A DNA stretch of 64,000 nt from Azolla caroliniana. Its lineage: Eukaryota > Plantae > Polypodiophyta. The DNA is taken from the NCBI GenBank assembly GCA_043228905.1, contig JBHGNT010000133.1, positions 6,402-70,401 of the forward strand, read 5' to 3'. Each line of letters begins with the position of its first letter. The first letter of the stretch is position 1. The notes beneath the pieces were generated by a model that worked only from the letters and a program-made list of their open reading frames with translations, did not search any database and was not told the DNA's origin. A program made the translations under genes and the position numbers. Positions 29,201 through 39,159 of the stretch are shown piece after piece.

Positions 29201-29863
29201 GTGTGTTACATGGAAATGAAGTAGATCACATATTATACATGATCATGTTGTAAAAAAAATTATTCTACGAATATGGGATGTGACAATATAGAAGCTTTCA
29301 CAAGAGAACATGATTAGATATATTTTACTCAAAATGACCATAATTCCAAGAAATAAAATAAAGATGATACTTTAACTTTAACACTAATGAAGTAACATAT
29401 AGGGGGTTAAAAGATGTGGGGTTAAAAAATGTGCTCGACCTAACTAGTTTTTGAGGAAATTGCTTGTGTGAGAGATAAACTATTTTCTTGCCCACCCAAT
29501 GAGAAAACATAACAATGGTCATCCTCCCCCTTTCTTGAGTCAGTAAGATGGAAATATCGCACCCCTATTGGGATTTGTATATAACATTCTCATCTGTAAA
29601 ATTTTATAACTAATGGAAGAAGAGTTTTTTTGGGGGGGAAAAAACAAAATTTCATTGTTTTTCAATGTTATAAATAGGAAACTTCTATTGTTTGAAATTT
29701 GAATATCTATATGATAACATTGGAATATTTCTCTAATGTTTAAGCATTGAAGATGTCATTTTGACATGCAAGGATGTTGATATATTCATTGATGATATAA
29801 ATAAAATGTTGTGTCTAAAGGGGAACCTCGAAGATAATTGTTGAATTTGTAGAATATCCTATA

Positions 29864-31508
29864 CCTCACGATATCCATCGGTAACCCGTAAAAACGAAAT
29901 AACTCATCAACGAATTGGTAAGCCAATTCAGGAGCTGTTACCGTGGTTTTAGTAGCAATAAATCTGGCCATTTTAGTTAGTCTGTCAACCACAACCCATA
30001 TGGCATCATGACCTTTTTGGGTGCGAGGAAGGCTAACAATAAAATCCATGGATATACTTTCCCACTTATTATTGGGAATGTCCAAGGGATGTAAAAGTCC
30101 TGCGGCTTTAAGTCGCTCGGCTTTGTTAACCTGACATTGGTGACATTTAGTCACATAGCTATGTATGTCAGGACGCATCTTAGGCCAATAAAATTGAGTG
30201 GAGATGAGAACGAGTGTACGATGTATTCCAGGGTGCCCTGCTGAGGGTGCATCATGGCATTCAAAAAGGATTCTCTTTTTGACCTCAGGTAAATCTGGAA
30301 CACAAACCTTCCCATTACGGTAGAGCAGACCGTTAGCAATGTGGAAGTATTCCTTCGAGGGTGTGGTGGTGTCTGTTCCAGACTCGACTCTTGCCCAGTA
30401 TTTTGCAAAATAATTGTCATCAGGATACTTTCCTCGAAGGTGATCATAAAGATCTGATGTTATTTCAGTGAAGCTAAGCATGTTAACTTCACGGATGGGA
30501 CTTAGTGCATCAGCGACAGTATTCATGGAACCTTTACGATATCGTATGGAAAAATCAAAGTCCTGGATGAGATCAGCCCATCGTGCCTTACGACCTTTCA
30601 GGTCTTGTTGGTCACAAAAATATTTCAAGGACTCGTGGTCCGTAGTTACCACAAAGCAATTTCCATAAAGATAATGGCGCCATGTTTTGAGCGCATGTAT
30701 AACCGCAAATAATTCCTTTTCTTGAACGTTATACCGACATTGAGCAGAATCAAGTTTCTTACTCTCGAATGCTATTGGTTTACCATCTTGATACAAGACA
30801 GCACCTATAGCATAATCGCTTGCGTCGGTTTCAACCTCAAAAGGTTTTGAAGGATCGGGTAAAAGAAGTGAAGGAGCCTTGCATACCAAGTCCTTGAGTT
30901 CCTTAAAGGCGAGGTCTAGTGTAGCATTCCACACAATAGGTTTTGTAGACTTACGCGTTTGACCTTTTAGAAGATCAGTAAACGGCGTCGTCAATTGTGA
31001 GTAATTACGAAGAGATTTTCGCAAAAATCCGACAAAACCAAGGAATGATCGAATTTCTCGAATATTCCGAAGAGTGGGCCAAAGCTTGATTTTCTCGATG
31101 CGAGAAGGATCAATTTCAACTCCTCGTTCGGTTATGAGATGTCCAAGATAAGTAATTGATTTCTTGAAGAACTCATATTTTGAGATCTTCGCGTAAAATT
31201 GTTTGTCACGCAATATTTGTAAAACAAAGCGGACATGTCTAGCATGTTCTTGTAATGTACGGCTATAAACTAAAATATCATCTAAGAAGATAACGACAAA
31301 TTTTCCAAGTTGTTCTCGGAAAATGTCATTCATTTCCTGTTGAAATGTAGCCGGAGCATTGGTCAAACCAAAAGGCATAACCAAAAACTCATAATTGCCG
31401 TAGCGCGTACGAAATGCTGTTTTAGGAACATCGTCCTCACTTATTCGTATTTGATGGTAGCCAGTACGGAGATCAAGTTTCGTAAAATACCGAGCTCCCT
31501 GGAGACGG
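29864..31508 (-). CDS. Gypsy gag-pol 3' part: RT, RNase H, integrase (truncated after PMDIV)
   Basis: Removing element B and one ACGG restores ...[26 protein letters not shown] in frame. Also FLDDILVYS; [14 protein letters not shown]; [10 protein letters not shown]...CHQC; [31 protein letters not shown]. Confidence 0.9.
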
Positions 31509-32198
31509 TGTCGCGTTGTTACGCGCGTGCGTGGAGAAGGGCGGAACCACGGGGGTCTTGGACTAAGGAGAAGGGGAGAAGGAATAGGACTTCGGAATGG
31601 AGCTTAGCACAAGAAGAGAAAGAATGAACAAGAGGAAGATGGAGGCCAAATGCTCAACAAGATATATTAGAACCGAAAACCGATTACAAAATGGCGGCCG
31701 CGTAGGCCGCACCGAACGACTATGATAAACCCGAAACCCTAATCCGACGAAGAAGGAAAGAAACCCTAACTAAGGAACCCTAAACGAAATGGTATACCTC
31801 ACTCACACTCAAAAATAAGGCAACCCCCACAATGGTGCTCTTCCTCTCCCTTTATAGCACAAGGAGGGAAGACCGTTACATAAAGGTGCTACAAAATATC
31901 CCCTTTCAATCAATGGGGATATTTCCCTTGATTTTAGGGGAGGTGGGAAGGATGGGTCTTAACTCCCACCTCTACACGAACTACTATGTACCTATCTCTC
32001 TCTCTCACGTGGATGTGCGCGCAAAAGCACATCACCTTTACACTTTACAAATCCTAAGGTGCATTTCTAGCACCACACTTATCACTATCGACAAATAGAA
32101 ATACAACATCTTGATGTGCAACGTTGCACATCGCGGGTTTGCTTACTTCGCTCGGTTTTCCGCCTATGGACGAAAATCTTCACGACATCCGCCCCCAC

Positions 32199-35100
32199 CT
32201 AACCGCACATCCACCGGTATGTGCCAAAAGGGGAACAAAACGCGAGATTTTCGGCCAAGGCGGCCAACCGAGCCCTTGACAACCTCGTGGGCTTGCCCGG
32301 CTTTGTCTTCCACTTCGAGCAAGTCCACCCCGTCGACACAAACCACCGTCGCCTTCCGGCCCACCATCTTCGTCGAATGGTCTCGAACCGTCGGCCCCAT
32401 CCGATCCGCCACACTCGACGACGTTCGCCGAGTAGTTGCCTCCACCCGATCCGCCACGTCCACCGTGTTTCCTCGAACCACCGTCTACATCCGGACCGCC
32501 GTTTCCGATGCCCGCGCTTTCTTCCCCGATCGGTCCTCCCGAACGCCGTTGCCGACCCTTTGTCCGCCTCGTATATCCCCCGGATCCGCCTTTTTCGTGC
32601 CGCGCACCTCGTCGTGCCGACTCTTCTCGCTCCGCGCTTGCCTTCCGTAGGCTTTCCCCGTACGTCGGTGTCGTCCTCCGAATGCGTGCTCGTGCTTCGG
32701 TCCTTCGATGACCCCATCACGCATTTTTCGCCTTCCCTTTGCTTGCCGTGCTCTCTCGCCGTAGAGCATACCATCGTTCCCGTGCTCGTTGCTTGGCCCT
32801 CATGCGGCCGCATTGCACGTTTCGCATTCCGCTCCTCTTCGCGTACCCTTTCGGAAAGGTACCCTTCTTCCCCGACCTCCGTTTCGCTCGGAGGAACACC
32901 CTCTTGGCCCTCTTGGCCCGCTCGACCGTACACATCCTTCGTGATGTCGTGTTCGTTCTTTTGGGCGCATACATCTTCGTTCTCCGCGACCTCCCGTATG
33001 CCTCTCTCGGTGCCTTCATCCGTTGTGGCCTTCGTCCCCTCGCCGCCACCGTCCGCCACTCTTGGTCTCACGTCGGCACTCGCGCCGACCGCCGGAGTCT
33101 CTATAGCCGGTGTAGAGGATCCCTCTCGGGCCTTATCTTCGTGGCCGCCGGTCTTAGCCTCTCCGTAGGCCACCTCTTCCCACCAATCTTCCCTAGCATC
33201 GTGCCAGGTCTCGTCGTCGCCGCCTTCCTCCTCGTATTCGCCTCTCGAAGGCGTGATCCGACCGTCATCTTCGGTCGCACGATGTGGCTCCTTCGTAGGC
33301 ATGCATGTGTCTTGGCCCTCCATCGGCCGTATTGCATGCATCTCGTCTCGCTCTTCCGCCGTAGACCCGACCTCCGTGTCGGTCTTCTCCTCCTTTGTCG
33401 CCGTAGCCCGTTCCGACACGGGCTCGCCGTCTTGGACCCACCCGTCCACCATCTCGTACCGGATATCCGTTCCGGCAACCTCGTACGCTCCGGCCTCCGA
33501 CTCCTCGCCGCCACCCGCCGTTTCTCCGGTCTTATGTTGATCCGCAACCGCCGTAGTCTCTAGAGTGGGTATGGAGGGTCTCGTTTGTTTCCGTTTTTCC
33601 CCCGAACCATGGTCGTCGTGCCCGGTTAGCCTCCATCTCGCGCTTACCGGCTCCCATCGTAACCGTAACCGTAACCGGCCAATCGGTCTCGCCGGCTTCC
33701 TTCGGTTTGGGCCCGGTTCGCCGGCCCTTACTCTCTTCTTCTTCCGTGCCGTATTCCGGTCGGGTCGGTTCCCGACTCTCTCCTCGTTTCCGCTCCGGTC
33801 CTCTCCGTCGGACCCACCGTATACGCCCATTCCGGGGCCCGCATACTCGTCTTCGTATGCGCTCTCTCCGGGCCTCACCTCCTCACGGTCACCGCCCATC
33901 TCTCCGGTCTCACGTTGGCATTCGAGCACAACCGCCGAAGTCTCCGGCCCCGGTGTCAAGGGGTCTTGCCTCCGTCCGCTCCAATCTTCCTTCTCGTTTC
34001 CGTTGCCCGCCTTGCCGCCGTCACCTCCCGTCGCACTAAGCCTCATGCCGGCACTCGGGCCGGCCATTGGAGCCTCTAGGATTGGTGTGGGTAAGGACCC
34101 GGCACCGCCGCTTGTTGTCTCCGTAGCCGCTTTCGTTCGGACGTCGTTGTCCGCGGCTCCCCCATCTCCGATTCCGTAAGCCTCTAGTATGCTTGCCACC
34201 ACCTCTTCTTCGCCGTTCTCCGCATCATTTTGTTTGCCCGCCTTGCCGCCGCCACCGCCCGTCGTTCTAGGTCTCGTGCCGGCACTCGGACCGACCGCCG
34301 AAGCCTCTAGGGCCGGTGTGTGGAAGGTCGCGGCACCACCGCTCGCCTCCTCTCCGCTCGATGTTTTGGGCCGCCGTGCCCCGAATCTTCCGCCCACTTT
34401 CGAAGTGGCGCTCTCCGCTTTGTAGTCACCGGCCTCATCCTTGGCCGTCCATTCGCCGCAAGACGAGAGGGTTGCTCGCTCCGCACCCTCTCCCATGTCG
34501 TCGTCGTTTCGGTTGCCCGCCTTGCCGCCGCCACCGTCCGTCACTCTAGGCCTCTCGCCGGCTCTCGGGCCGGGTGCCGGAGTCTCTAGGACCGGTGTGT
34601 GGAAGGTCGCGACACCACCACTCCTCTCGTCCGTAGCCACCTCCATTCGGACATCGTCGTCCGTGGCTACCCCGTCTTCGGTTTCGCAAGCATCGAGTAT
34701 GCTTGCCGCCGCCTCTTCTTCGCCGGACTCGTCCTTATCTCGGTTGTCCGCCTTGCCGCCGCCACCGTCCGTAGCTCTAGGTCTCGTGCCGGCACTCGGG
34801 CCGACCGCCGAAGCCTCTAAGGCCGGTGTGTGGAAGGTCGCGACACCGACGCTCGTCTCCTTTTCCTCCTCCATTTCGCAAGCCTCGAGTATGCTCGCGA
34901 AATCCTCGTAGAACGTTTCGGGCAACCGCGTCCCGAAACTTCCGCCCACTCTCGAAGTGGCGTCCATCGCTCCGTAGATATCGGCCTCGTCCATGGCCGT
35001 TCTTTTTCCCCGAGATGAGACGGTCGCTTGCCCCGCACCTTCTCTCGTGTCGACACCGTGGTCGCCCGCCTTGCCACCGCCACCGCCTTTCACCATAGGT

Positions 35101-36452
35101 CTTACGCGGGCACTCGGGCCGGCCGCCGTGATCTCTAGGAATGACGCGTGTAAGGTCGCGTGACCGCCGCTCGTCGATGTAATGTCCGTAGCCACCTCCG
35201 CTCGAACGTCGTTGTCCGTGGCTACCCCGCCTCCGTATATGCAAGCATCGGTTATGCTTGCCGCCGCCTCTTCCGCGGTCTCCTTACCGTTGTCTCGGTT
35301 GCCCGCCTTGCCGCCGCCACCGTTCTTTTCCCTCGGTCTCACGCGGGCGCTCGGGCCGGCCGCCGGGGTCTCTTGAACCGGTGCGTGGAAGGTTGCGGTA
35401 CCGCCGCTTGTCTCCTCCGTACTCGATGATTCGGGCCACCATGTCCCGAATCCGCCATGTCCACTCGAATCGGCGATCGCCGCCTCACCGTCCCCGACCT
35501 CGTCCTCGGTCGTTCTTTTCCCCCATGTCGAGAGGGCGGCTCGCTCCGCACCCTCTCCCGTGGTACCGATGTACCATTCTCTTTCGGCCTCCGCATAGGC
35601 CCCGTCCTCCACGTGTGAGGAAGCTCCTTCCTCCGCGTCCTCCGATCCGCTCGGGCCCGACCCCGCAATAAGCCATTCTTCGGCTTCGATTTTCGCCATT
35701 ACGAGCCCGCACGCCTCCCGTATTAGCGCTTGTAGGTCGGGCCCCTCCAAACCGGTTCGCGATGAGCTCTCGTCCGGCGGCATGGCGTAGTCGGTCGTCG
35801 CTCTCTCTTCTCCCCCGCTCGCGGGCCGTGTTGTGGCCGACCGCCTCGCCTCATGTTGCCGACACACCCATTCCACTTCGGGCCACTCCTCGGTGAGACC
35901 ATGCGCTCCATAATCGTCTTGAAGCTCGAACATGATGTCCATCCTCTCCTCATGATGGACCGTCTTCAAAAATAGGAGGACTTTGTCCGCCCCCACCGAT
36001 CTTCGTTCCCACTCCGAGAGTTGAGAGAAACGACGCTCGAACTCTCGGAATGCCTCCATTGCGCTCCGATGGCGCCTCGCCGACACCACCCACCGATCGA
36101 ACTCTCGCCGACCTCTTACCTCCGATTCCGCGCACCCGTATGCCTCCATTAGAGCCCCTTCAAAGGACTCCCACGATTCGTGAGCTTCTTGGAGCTCCTT
36201 GACCTCCTCGTACTTTGATGCGGCCGCCGCTCGACGAAAGAACTCTAGCCTCGTCGCTTCGTCCACGCCCATCCCCGTCATTTCCGCATCGTAGGCTCTC
36301 AAAAATTCTGGGACCTCCTTCCCATCGAACCGGCCGACTAGACGGACCACCCTTTCGACCGCTTGTTGAGCCGCCTCTCGCCTCGCCCTCTTCCGTCCGG
36401 CGTCCATCAAGATCTTTGTCATCATCTCCTCGAAGTCGAAGCCTTCTTCCAT
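32199..36452 (-). CDS. 1417-aa Gag-like protein with a long acidic repeat region and a Trp/Arg-rich tail
   Basis: One uninterrupted ORF from 20 nt after the PBS to a TAG abutting the PPT. The N-terminal ~200 aa resemble a retrotransposon capsid (FDGKEVPEFLRAYDAEM...SWESFEGALMEAYG). No CCHC, D[ST]G protease, YxDD RT, RNase H or integrase motifs seen. Confidence 0.85.
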   Translation of the reverse strand: MEEGFDFEEMMTKILMDAGRKRARREAAQQAVERVVRLVGRFDGKEVPEFLRAYDAEMTGMGVDEATRLEFFRRAAAASKYEEVKELQEAHESWESFEGALMEAYGCAESEVRGRREFDRWVVSARRHRSAMEAFREFERRFSQLSEWERRSVGADKVLLFLKTVHHEERMDIMFELQDDYGAHGLTEEWPEVEWVCRQHEARRSATTRPASGGEERATTDYAMPPDESSSRTGLEGPDLQALIREACGLVMAKIEAEEWLIAGSGPSGSEDAEEGASSHVEDGAYAEAEREWYIGTTGEGAERAALSTWGKRTTEDEVGDGEAAIADSSGHGGFGTWWPESSSTEETSGGTATFHAPVQETPAAGPSARVRPREKNGGGGKAGNRDNGKETAEEAAASITDACIYGGGVATDNDVRAEVATDITSTSGGHATLHASFLEITAAGPSARVRPMVKGGGGGKAGDHGVDTREGAGQATVSSRGKRTAMDEADIYGAMDATSRVGGSFGTRLPETFYEDFASILEACEMEEEKETSVGVATFHTPALEASAVGPSAGTRPRATDGGGGKADNRDKDESGEEEAAASILDACETEDGVATDDDVRMEVATDERSGGVATFHTPVLETPAPGPRAGERPRVTDGGGGKAGNRNDDDMGEGAERATLSSCGEWTAKDEAGDYKAESATSKVGGRFGARRPKTSSGEEASGGAATFHTPALEASAVGPSAGTRPRTTGGGGGKAGKQNDAENGEEEVVASILEAYGIGDGGAADNDVRTKAATETTSGGAGSLPTPILEAPMAGPSAGMRLSATGGDGGKAGNGNEKEDWSGRRQDPLTPGPETSAVVLECQRETGEMGGDREEVRPGESAYEDEYAGPGMGVYGGSDGEDRSGNEERVGNRPDRNTARKKKRVRAGEPGPNRRKPARPIGRLRLRLRWEPVSARWRLTGHDDHGSGEKRKQTRPSIPTLETTAVADQHKTGETAGGGEESEAGAYEVAGTDIRYEMVDGWVQDGEPVSERATATKEEKTDTEVGSTAEERDEMHAIRPMEGQDTCMPTKEPHRATEDDGRITPSRGEYEEEGGDDETWHDAREDWWEEVAYGEAKTGGHEDKAREGSSTPAIETPAVGASADVRPRVADGGGEGTKATTDEGTERGIREVAENEDVCAQKNEHDITKDVYGRAGQEGQEGVPPSETEVGEEGYLSERVREEERNAKRAMRPHEGQATSTGTMVCSTAREHGKQREGEKCVMGSSKDRSTSTHSEDDTDVRGKPTEGKRGARRVGTTRCAARKRRIRGIYEADKGSATAFGRTDRGRKRGHRKRRSGCRRWFEETRWTWRIGWRQLLGERRRVWRIGWGRRFETIRRRWWAGRRRWFVSTGWTCSKWKTKPGKPTRLSRARLAALAENLAFCSPFGTYRWMCG

Positions 36453-36472
36453 CTCTTTCTCCCTTGCCGCCC

Positions 36473-36490
36473 TTCACGTCGGGTTCACCA
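36473..36490 (-). other. Primer-binding site complementary to the 3' 18 nt of plant tRNA-Trp
   Basis: The plus strand reads TTCACGTCGGGTTCACCA, matching the plant cytosolic tRNA-Trp 3' end plus CCA as I recall it; 4-nt spacer from the LTR. Confidence 0.85.
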
Positions 36491-37173
36491 AAGATGTCGC
36501 GTTGTTACGCGCGTGCGTGGAGAAGGGCGGAACCACGGGGGTCTTGGACTAAGGAGAAGGGGAGAAGGAATAGGACTTCGGAATGGAGCTTAGCACAAGA
36601 AGAGAAAGAATGAACAAGAGGAAGATGGAGGCCAAATGCTCAACAAGATATATTAGAACCGAAAACCGATTACAAAATGGCGGCCGCGTAGGCCGCACCG
36701 AACGACTATGATAAACCCGAAACCCTAATCCGACGAAGAAGGAAAGAAACCCTAACTAAGGAACCCTAAACGAAATGGTATACCTCACTCACACTCAAAA
36801 ATAAGGCAACCCCCACAATGGTGCTCTTCCTCTCCCTTTATAGCACAAGGAGGGAAGACCGTTACATAAAGGTGCTACAAAATATCCCCTTTCAATCAAT
36901 GGGGATATTTCCCTTGATTTTAGGGGAGGTGGGAAGGATGGGTCTTAACTCCCACCTCTACACGAACTACTATGTACCTATCTCTCTCTCTCACGTGGAT
37001 GTGCGCGCAAAAGCACATCACCTTTACACTTTACAAATCCTAAGGTGCATTTCTAGCACCACACTTATCACTATCGACAAATAGAAATACAACATCTTGA
37101 TGTGCAACGTTGCACATCGTGGGTTTGCTTACTTCGCTCGGTTTTCCGCCTATGGACGAAAATCTTCACGACA

Positions 37174-39159
37174 ACGGTCAATTAGATCGTCAGCCCGGGG
37201 CAATGGGTACGAATTCTTGATCGTCACTTTATTCAAGCGTCGGTAATTAATACACATACGCCATGTGCCCTCTTTCTTTTTAACCAAGAGAACCGGTGCA
37301 CCCCATGGAGATTTACTATAACGTATATAACCCATTCGTAAATAGTCCTTAAGTTGCTTAGCTACCTCATCCTCTTCAGATCGACTTAGGCGATACGGAG
37401 GTATACTAATGGGTGCAATGCCAGGTACAATATCTATACGATGGTCTATATTACGTTTAGGAGGTAAACCATCGGGTAGTTCACTCGGAAAAACATCACG
37501 AAAATCGTTTACGATTTCATCAAGTTGTTTTTGTTCAAAATATGTTAATTGACCCGAGACATTATCGATATTGTAAACGTGAATGTCCGGATCAAGTACA
37601 CAATAAAATAACGTAGAACAAGACAACTCGGATATTGATGGACACGAGGAAACAATCGAGAGGGATTGTTTTGTTACACATTGAATAAAATGCGTACAAT
37701 CGTTGAGTACAAAAGAAATGGAATGGCGAACCCAATCAATAAATAAAGAAGAGCTTTTATTATAAAACCAGGGATAACCCAGTATTACATCGGTGGTACT
37801 AAGATTCATTACATGGAAGTCTACTTCCTCTATATATGTATCAATAGAAATTCCTAAAGAATGAATCGCCCCGTTGATGTGTTGTACTCTTCCATCAGCC
37901 AAGTGCACCGTGTAGGTGTGATCACTTACGGTGGGTTGGATTCCCCATATCTGTACCAAACGATCATTCACAAAATTGTGTGAGCTTCCCGAATCAAATA
38001 AAAATTGTACGGGAGATCCATTGATATACCCGTTTGCACGTAGTAAATCATTGGGACCCAATACATAATGAGGGAAAGAACATTGACAATTACTCAAATG
38101 ATGTGTATAGACCTGAAGGACATTAGGAATCTGACCTTTATGGTCTGTAGCTTTAGGTTTGGCGTCGTGCTCTTTTCGTTGGAGCTTACGACATTGCTCT
38201 TTTGTATGACCCTTCTTTTTGCAGAATACGCAAAAAGGATGTTGTCGCTTATAATTGTGATCCATGAATTCGTTGGGTGTCTTGCGTTTCCCAACGAATT
38301 GCGACTGCTTAGTCCCGGGCGCTTCGTTGGGTTTGTTATGGTCCTTCTTCGAAGTGCGTTGATAGCGAAGAACTATCTCAACGGCCTCTTCGAAGGATTT
38401 TGGATCCTTATCGTGCACTATCCAGTGATAGTCCGAATTGGGGATGCCATTGACAAAACAAGCTATTAACCAATTGTCCCCTTCTAGACCCGATTTTTGG
38501 ATTTGGGTTCTAGCATGGTGGACATAGTCTTCTAGCGAGGAAAATTTCCTGCTAGAGAGGTTCATTAAAGCTTGTGCTGCCTCGGTTCGAGAGGGAGGTT
38601 GTAGAAATTGACCCTTGAAAACTGTGACAAAGTCTGTCCAGGTCTCGGGCAATCTCCCCAAAGTTCGGAGCCCACGCCACCAAGCGGCGGCCTTACCCCC
38701 TAGTTCTCGGCCGACATATGCAATCTTCGTACTATCTGGCGTGGGATAGAGCTCAAAATGAGACTCCCATCGGCCCAGCCACGTGCAGATTGCTTCTTCG
38801 GTTCTTTCCTTTTTATCTCCCGTAAATGGCTTTACGACAAATGATGGTTCACCCTGACGCTCATCAGGTCTATTAATCTCATTTTGGAGACTAATGACTC
38901 GTGCCTCGAGAGCACTTTGAGATTGCCGAAATTCGGTCAACTGCTGCGCGGTTGAACTAAGGAAATGTTGTACTTGTAAAATATACGCCTCAATGGACAT
39001 TGTCCCAGGAGGATTTCCTTGAGGTCTTTCCGCTTGAGCGGAGGGCATCGGGTCGTTATTCTGAGCCATTGAATGATTATTTCTGGCAAAGAAATAAGAT
39101 AAGCTCAGACAAATAGTCATAACATCTTGTCGTGGTGTAAACATATCATGGGCAAACAT
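37174..39159 (-). CDS. Gypsy gag-pol 5' part: Gag, CCHC knuckle, aspartic protease, RT N-terminus
   Basis: [14 protein letters not shown]; [11 protein letters not shown]; [46 protein letters not shown]. Start at ATG 39159 or 39069. Confidence 0.9.

Larger units (their letters stand above)
31509..37173 (-). mobile_element. Element B: very young gag-only LTR retrotransposon (5665 bp), 4-bp TSD ACGG
   Basis: LTRs 36495-37173 and 31509-32187, both 679 bp; I found one difference by eye (catcgcggg vs catcgtggg). PBS TGGTGAACCCGACGTGAA at 36473-36490; PPT AGGTGGGGGCGGA next to the 3' LTR; TSD at 31505-31508 and 37174-37177. Confidence 0.95.

Noticed and set aside
24490-29700. Possible old Gypsy gag, Copia end and other TE relics
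   Set aside because: Only faint motif hints, such as a knuckle-like stretch near 25040-25085; too degraded to call or delimit.
32111-36613. Many overlapping plus-strand and alternate-frame ORFs (up to 315 aa) in element B
   Set aside because: Expected shadows of a GC-rich coding strand; no recognisable motifs.
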